From Phycisphaerales bacterium (lineage in GTDB: Bacteria; Planctomycetota; Phycisphaerae; WQYP01), in NCBI GenBank assembly GCA_027451365.1, contig DAIDJN010000081.1, positions 1 through 52,441 on the forward strand: a DNA stretch of 52,441 bases, read 5' to 3'. Below are positions 48,201-52,441 of the stretch, piece by piece. A program made the translations under genes and the position numbers. How positions within the stretch are numbered: the first letter of the stretch is position 1; every line of letters begins with the position of its first letter. The notes beneath the pieces are model-generated. The model was not told the origin of the DNA and ran no database searches. It was given only the letters and a program-made list of their open reading frames with translations.

Positions 48201-48707
48201 CTCACCAACTCCGCGCCGGTGATCCGGTTCGCGGACACGATCTCCCCGCGCCAAAGGGCCTGTTTTCTTGGAAATCTTAATGCCCATATCCTCGACTACG
48301 TTGCGCGCCAGAAAATTGGAAATGTGAATCTTAATTTTTTCTTAATTGAGCAATTTCCCTTGCTTCCGCCGGACGCCTACGCCCAGCGATGTCCATGGGA
48401 AACGAAGCAGACGTTGGAAAAATGGATTTCGGAGCGGGTGCTTAAACTCACCTGCACGGCCAACGACATGATTCCATTGGCCCAGGCCGCGGGTTTTAAG
48501 GAAAGCGTGCACAAATGGAACGATGCGGAGCGGGCCGAATTGCGAGCCGAGCTTGATGCGGCCTATTTCCATCTTTACGGCATCAACCGCGACGACGCAA
48601 TATATATTCTCTCCACCTTTCAGGCGGCCGGTGAGCTGGATGATCCAGGCTCAACTGCGGGGCTGGTAATGGCGAAGCTTGACGAATATGTGTCCAAGTC
48701 CCGGTGA
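45243..48707 (+). CDS. Type IIG/Eco57I-like fused restriction endonuclease-N6-adenine methyltransferase
   Basis: N-terminal ADG.L...VIELK PD-(D/E)XK motif; GIYYTP, IVDPACGSGAFL, DVVIGNPPW; C-terminal TRD-like region; start uncertain. Confidence 0.92.
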   Translation: MAKKMPQNAASASMAGLFKASPMAGYRRRKNLVIPRLLEEMAKDNRLRGAEQDRAYQIMQKWADLEGAGRLARKETSIDAEFLNDVFGAALGYRQASAGKTEWEIERQFTVPNVGAADGALGNFSAGTPQQAIVVIELKGPATDLDTDRSNGRTAVQQCWDYLNALPSAKWGIVSNFSEIRLYNKAAGTQAYESFTLQQLRDVEEFRKFWCLLHRGGLLRSSMGQAPGAERLVTASENRQREVGDELYNYYSDQRARLIEHLRKEHGQALDDAIHIAQKLFDRIVFVAFCQDRGFLNREAIRRSYEEIPPFYRVTNPAWQNFLNLFHFVDKGAPRTELEHGFNGGLFAHDAKVDNLQLADDWARVFYEIGKYDFKDEVNVDVLGNLFERSITELEKMRVAGIFAAETTPGPSPQMQKSAERKRFGIYYTPPEFTRFMVHYAVGELINERFANLKTAHEIKSGDEDAPPPNPRVVAYYRQCLTTLRNLKIVDPACGSGAFLIAAYDLLEDYYFAVLRNLAAHGAIKAEEWFPRVPDMILTENLYGVDLSEQAVEITRLALWIKTVRNDKTLADLSRNIKWGNSLVHDPVVQGQAMEWPLQFPEVFSESRSFGSGFDVVIGNPPWERLKVQEREFFAFSAPEIAGAVSAASRRKLIEQLSGNNPELFERYEMTQKAAERILEYARQSGRYPLTGCGDINTYMLFAELARSLVSPYGRVGLLVPSGIATDNTTKDFFADLINNESLIKLYDFENKEGFFSDVHRAFKFCTLIFGGRSVKTGEADFAFFLHNMGELKDKNRHITLSKKDIALFNPNTHTCPIFRTNRDAAITKGIYRRIPILIDKARAEGGNPWSLGFMRMFDQTNDAELFVEPGQLKKDGFKLEGNIWKKGKQVYLPLYEAKMIQAYDHRAAGVVVAANNWFRQGQPEASSLVEHQNPEFSALPRWWAEKGLIDKALEDSTSAALLAFKNVTSPTNQRTMIAAFVPLSGLTNSAPVIRFADTISPRQRACFLGNLNAHILDYVARQKIGNVNLNFFLIEQFPLLPPDAYAQRCPWETKQTLEKWISERVLKLTCTANDMIPLAQAAGFKESVHKWNDAERAELRAELDAAYFHLYGINRDDAIYILSTFQAAGELDDPGSTAGLVMAKLDEYVSKSR

Positions 48708-48865
48708 GGTAGGTCGCCGTGATGATCGTTAGCGGTTCCTGTTTAATTCACGAGTTTACTGGTGGTTCCGAAAAAAGCAAATCTGCGTCGAGCCTATAAA
48801 ATGGTCGGTCCTGATCGAAGTTTAACCGGCTCTAATTTAATTACAACTGGAGGTCTAGAGTGGCC

Positions 48866-48917
48866 TGTTGTACCGAAGTAGAATTGTCACCCCTTAGCCG
48901 AAATAGAAGTGTCACCC
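48866..48917 (+). mobile_element. Relic IS terminal sequence (IS1202/ISNCY- or IS481-like end) without transposase
   Basis: TGT start followed by two 20-bp direct repeats, CCGAAGTAGAATTGTCACCC (48873-92) and CCGAAATAGAAGTGTCACCC (48898-917). Confidence 0.5.
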
Positions 48918-49299
48918 TGGCATCAATGGTTCGCGGATGCAGCCGCGGATTTTACGGATTCCTCTGGATTGGAACGGTCTGATTGGAGCGGCCTGCTTGA
49001 AACGGATCATGCTTTGTTACACCGGCAATCATGGTTTAAGGATAAGCCTGCGGCGCGACCCGGCGGCCACGGGTCTTGTTGTGCATCGTCAGCGTATAAG
49101 CGCTTGCGCTGGCCGGGTGGCTTGCCGCCCGCGGCCTCATGGCCCGCCATCAACCGGTAATTGCAGGTGTGGCCGAGCACCAATGGTAAATGGAGGAATG
49201 CAAGCGGAAGTATTTTCCGGCGTTATAGTTAGCTTGGTCCGGCGCTATTCGCATTGGTGTTGTATGCAAAAATTCAAGCCGGACGGACAGGAAAAGGCA

Positions 49300-50652
49300 A
49301 TGAATTATCGTCTGTTTTCCAGTGTTATATGTCTGCTGGCTATCCTGGCGAATGCGGGTGTTGGCCATGCGGCTGGCGCTATAGGTCTGCGGATTTCGGT
49401 GAATCGAACCAGTCTGCTTGAAGGGCAATGTGTGGTGGTAACCGGGACCGCCAAAACAGCACAGAAAGCGCCGATTTCCGGATTGAGAATCGAGGCCGTT
49501 GTCAACGGCAAGCGCTGGTGTGCCGGACAGACCACATTGGCTTCCGGCGTTGTGCATTTGCTGCTGCCGCTGCCGGAGCCGGGGATCAACAGGATTACTC
49601 TTCACGGTGGCAACGTCGTTTCGATGCCGGTTAAAGTTCTGGTGAAGCGGCGGGTTTTTCACATCATTACGGATCCAAAGCACTTAATCGGCATGGAATA
49701 TGAAACCTGGTTCGGTCCGGGTTACGCCCAATGGGGGCACGAAGAGGCCGAGCCGTTACTGGGTCACTATAGTTCGCTGGATTCGCGCGTGCTGCGCCAG
49801 CAGACGCTTTGGTTCAACCAGATGGGCATCAACTTTGTGGAGCTGGACTGGACGAACAATCTGACCGGACCGTTCCCCGACGCAACCGCCCGCGAATGCA
49901 TCGCCTCCAACAATGCATTGTTTCATTTATATGCACATATGCGGCAACACCCCAAGGTCGTGTTCCTCATGGGGCCGGAGCACAATGTATGGTTGAACCA
50001 TACCACACCCTACACCGGGCCATGGTACACCAGCCAGGTGAATTATATTTATGACCATTACATCAATCGTCGGAAATACCGGCATATTTATTTGCGGTAT
50101 CATCATAAGCCACTGCTGCTGCTGTATTTGAATGGTCCACGATTTGCGCATCCGCCGGTCATACACGACCCGCGTTTTACCATCCGGTTTGTTGGCGCAT
50201 GGCTGGAGTATACGAAAGAACAGCGGTATGGCGTCTGGTCGTGGTATGACCAGAAAGCCACTCCGACTTTTCATCATGGGCGGCCGGAGGCCTTAACTGT
50301 CGCCAGTGGTTATCCGGCTATTCAATCACCCGGGGCCGGGCTGAATAACTGGCTTTCACCGGATGCGGGCGGCAAAAATTATGGCGAAACGTATCGTACG
50401 CAATGGCGGGTGGCGGATAAATATTTCCCGCACTTTCTGTTTTTATGCCAGTGGAATGAATTTGAACCACCCGATCAGTTTAATGTGAATTTGAGCAATG
50501 ATATGGAACCTACGTTGATGACTGAAACCGGTTCCCACCAGGCCAGCGGCTGGGGCTTTTTTTACAATGATCTGACCCGCCGGGAAATAGCCCGTTACCA
50601 TCGCCTGATCACGGCGCAACGGCCAGCACGGAAGGATTCCGTCGCAAAATAG
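49300..50652 (+). CDS. Secreted glycoside-hydrolase-like protein (GH99/GH71-like TIM barrel) with an N-terminal Ig-like domain
   Basis: Signal peptide; YETWF, PLLGHYSS.D..V..Q, GI.F..LDW, KPLL..Y, QWNEF motifs. Confidence 0.7.
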   Translation: MNYRLFSSVICLLAILANAGVGHAAGAIGLRISVNRTSLLEGQCVVVTGTAKTAQKAPISGLRIEAVVNGKRWCAGQTTLASGVVHLLLPLPEPGINRITLHGGNVVSMPVKVLVKRRVFHIITDPKHLIGMEYETWFGPGYAQWGHEEAEPLLGHYSSLDSRVLRQQTLWFNQMGINFVELDWTNNLTGPFPDATARECIASNNALFHLYAHMRQHPKVVFLMGPEHNVWLNHTTPYTGPWYTSQVNYIYDHYINRRKYRHIYLRYHHKPLLLLYLNGPRFAHPPVIHDPRFTIRFVGAWLEYTKEQRYGVWSWYDQKATPTFHHGRPEALTVASGYPAIQSPGAGLNNWLSPDAGGKNYGETYRTQWRVADKYFPHFLFLCQWNEFEPPDQFNVNLSNDMEPTLMTETGSHQASGWGFFYNDLTRREIARYHRLITAQRPARKDSVAK

Positions 50653-51012
50653 TGCATAAGTGGAAGAACTTGATTGAACTGTATGATTTGCAGGTATGCG
50701 GCCGGATATCGGCGGATCCGCGGGCCTTTTTTGGGCTTAAAGAAGTCCGAAAAGCGGATTCTGTGGGACCATAAGATCAATGTTTACGGGCTTTGATCCA
50801 TTTTGCAAACTATCGCGGCATGTATTCACTTGCCCAACAGACGGAAGCGGCGGTTCACTGAGCTTTTGTGCGGGGCGCAGTCATTGCGTCTATGGGCGAA
50901 AGGTGACTGTTCGTCCTTTCATAGATAGTGAATTCGGATAGCAGAAATTTGCTTCGGTTCAATCCGGATGCCCTGCAATGTGGCGCACTGCAGGCCGGAA
51001 TCGTTTGGTGAA

Positions 51013-52023
51013 TCAATAGCCGCCATCCGCACCCGGCGGGCCGAATGGCCGAGGGCCTGGGCCGGGGCGACCGAATCCGCCGCCACCTCCGCCCGGACCA
51101 AAGCCGTTGCCGCCACCGCGTCCGCCACGTCGGCCGCCGCGGGGCGGCTGCTTGTAAAAACTGCGGTCCGGTGTTCCGCGAAAATATCGCGGAATGAAGG
51201 GAAACGCATGAGATGCCACATAATAATACGTGCCGTCCGGATATTCCGGAGTTATGCCATACCGGCCGTTGGCCTGGTCCAAATCTCCCAACCCATGGAC
51301 ATATTCAAAATCACCAGTGTAGCGCCCATCATAGCGGCCACCCGGACCATCCGGTGAGCCGGGCCGTTCGCCACGCTTCAGGCGGTAGCTGGTCCGCAAT
51401 TCCCGCACATTGCTGTGCACATTCCTGGCTTCCGCATATCCCCAAGGGCCGTATATGGGAAAACCGTCGGCGGCATAACCTATCAACATTACTTTTCCCC
51501 ATGCATGGCGGGATTTAATTAACTCCGTCGGGACGCCGTGGTAATGGTACGTGCCGTCGCGCTGCACATGGGCGTGGCTCGCGTCCAGACCCAGATTGCC
51601 AAACCCCGTCAGCAGAGCGTAATTCCAGATTGAATCGCGCTGCTGATGCCAGAATCCGGCGGTGCCGGGATCGAATACCACACCGTCCAACGCCACGCCG
51701 AAGTCGATGCGGTCGATGAGTTTCATAAACCTTGAATTGCGAACGGGATGAAGCGGCATCCGGAAATGGAAATCCTGCGGACTTATGGCATTGGGACATT
51801 GGCGGTCTGGAAAATGTCCGACCTTATGGTCCGGAATGTCATTGGAGGTGACATAGCGATAGTGGCCACGGGTATAAAAACGAACCTTGCTTGCGTATGC
51901 CGGCCAGACATTGCACGGCTCCAGCGAATTATCGAACGCTTCGGCTGTTTTTTGGGTTGCCCGCGCAACGCCGCTGGCGGCCAGAATGCTCAGCCAGGTT
52001 CTGCGTGAAATCGGTTCGTTCAT
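51013..52023 (-). CDS. YHYH-domain protein with a Tat signal and a Gly/Arg-rich tail
   Basis: ISRRTWL twin-arginine motif; GVALDGV, HAH....YHYH, GYAADGFPIYG, GDLD..NG...TPEYP.G.Y.Y. Confidence 0.9.
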   Translation of the reverse strand: MNEPISRRTWLSILAASGVARATQKTAEAFDNSLEPCNVWPAYASKVRFYTRGHYRYVTSNDIPDHKVGHFPDRQCPNAISPQDFHFRMPLHPVRNSRFMKLIDRIDFGVALDGVVFDPGTAGFWHQQRDSIWNYALLTGFGNLGLDASHAHVQRDGTYHYHGVPTELIKSRHAWGKVMLIGYAADGFPIYGPWGYAEARNVHSNVRELRTSYRLKRGERPGSPDGPGGRYDGRYTGDFEYVHGLGDLDQANGRYGITPEYPDGTYYYVASHAFPFIPRYFRGTPDRSFYKQPPRGGRRGGRGGGNGFGPGGGGGGFGRPGPGPRPFGPPGADGGY

Positions 52024-52412
52024 AAAAACACTCCTTTGCCGAAATTCCGCAAGCACTATCCGAAATAAGTCGGCGGCCCATGCATAACCGCCAGCCGTTT
52101 AGTGTGGACCCAAGCGAGGCAGGTTTTGAATTTTCCGTAGGTGGGATGATATTTGTCGGCTGTCGCCGAAGCCGCCAATATACCGATATGTGCCACCGCA
52201 CGGTTTGGTGAAACAGCGGGCTGACACGGGCGACCGAAAATATTCTGATTCACCACAATTAGCCGCAATAGATGGTCCGCCGCCCCCCGGCCGCCAGACG
52301 GGGGTGCGTGACACGAAATGCCGTGGGTATTTGGTAGAATATGAATGGTTGCACATGGATGGGCGACCTGCGGCCCGGCAGTTCGGGCATTTTGATTTTC
52401 AAGGAGTCAGCC

Positions 52413-52441
52413 ATGGCGGGCGTGATCAGCAGACAGGATGC
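52413..52441 (+). CDS. 5' end of a gene running off the window
   Basis: AAGGAG SD at 52401-06, then ATG GCG GGC GTG ATC AGC AGA. Confidence 0.4.

Overview
GC-rich bacterial chromosomal window, most consistent with a planctomycete (inferred from the LEPR-XLL export motifs, pseudopilin, SecA_DEAD/T1SS-like cluster and split nuo operon). From left to right it contains: (1) a CRISPR array (7 x 37-bp repeats, possibly continuing off the left edge) with a type I-C-like cas locus in the atypical order cas5-cas8(divergent, with a candidate internal cas11 start)-cas7-cas3-cas4-cas1-cas2, whose interference block is bracketed by an 18-bp direct repeat; (2) a YhcG/DUF1016 remnant, a pseudopilin, a coupled pair of Cys-rich orphan genes, tatD, a HAD hydrolase and a ParA-family ATPase; (3) an ABC-less secretion cluster (TolC, two membrane-fusion proteins, an M50-peptidase/MFP fusion and a short SecA_DEAD ATPase) wrapped around LEPR-XLL cargo genes, namely an intact GH74 enzyme and a deleted pseudogene; (4) housekeeping genes (COX3-like, aqpZ, DUF481 barrel, aminotransferase, nuoJKLMN); (5) a defence island with an XRE + ImmA/IrrE switch divergent from a multi-ubiquitin / E2-E1 / DUF6527 (Bub-like) operon, followed by a type IIG restriction-modification gene and a relic IS end; (6) a secreted glycoside-hydrolase-like gene and a Tat-exported YHYH protein. 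All family calls come from motif recognition by eye, not from database searches.
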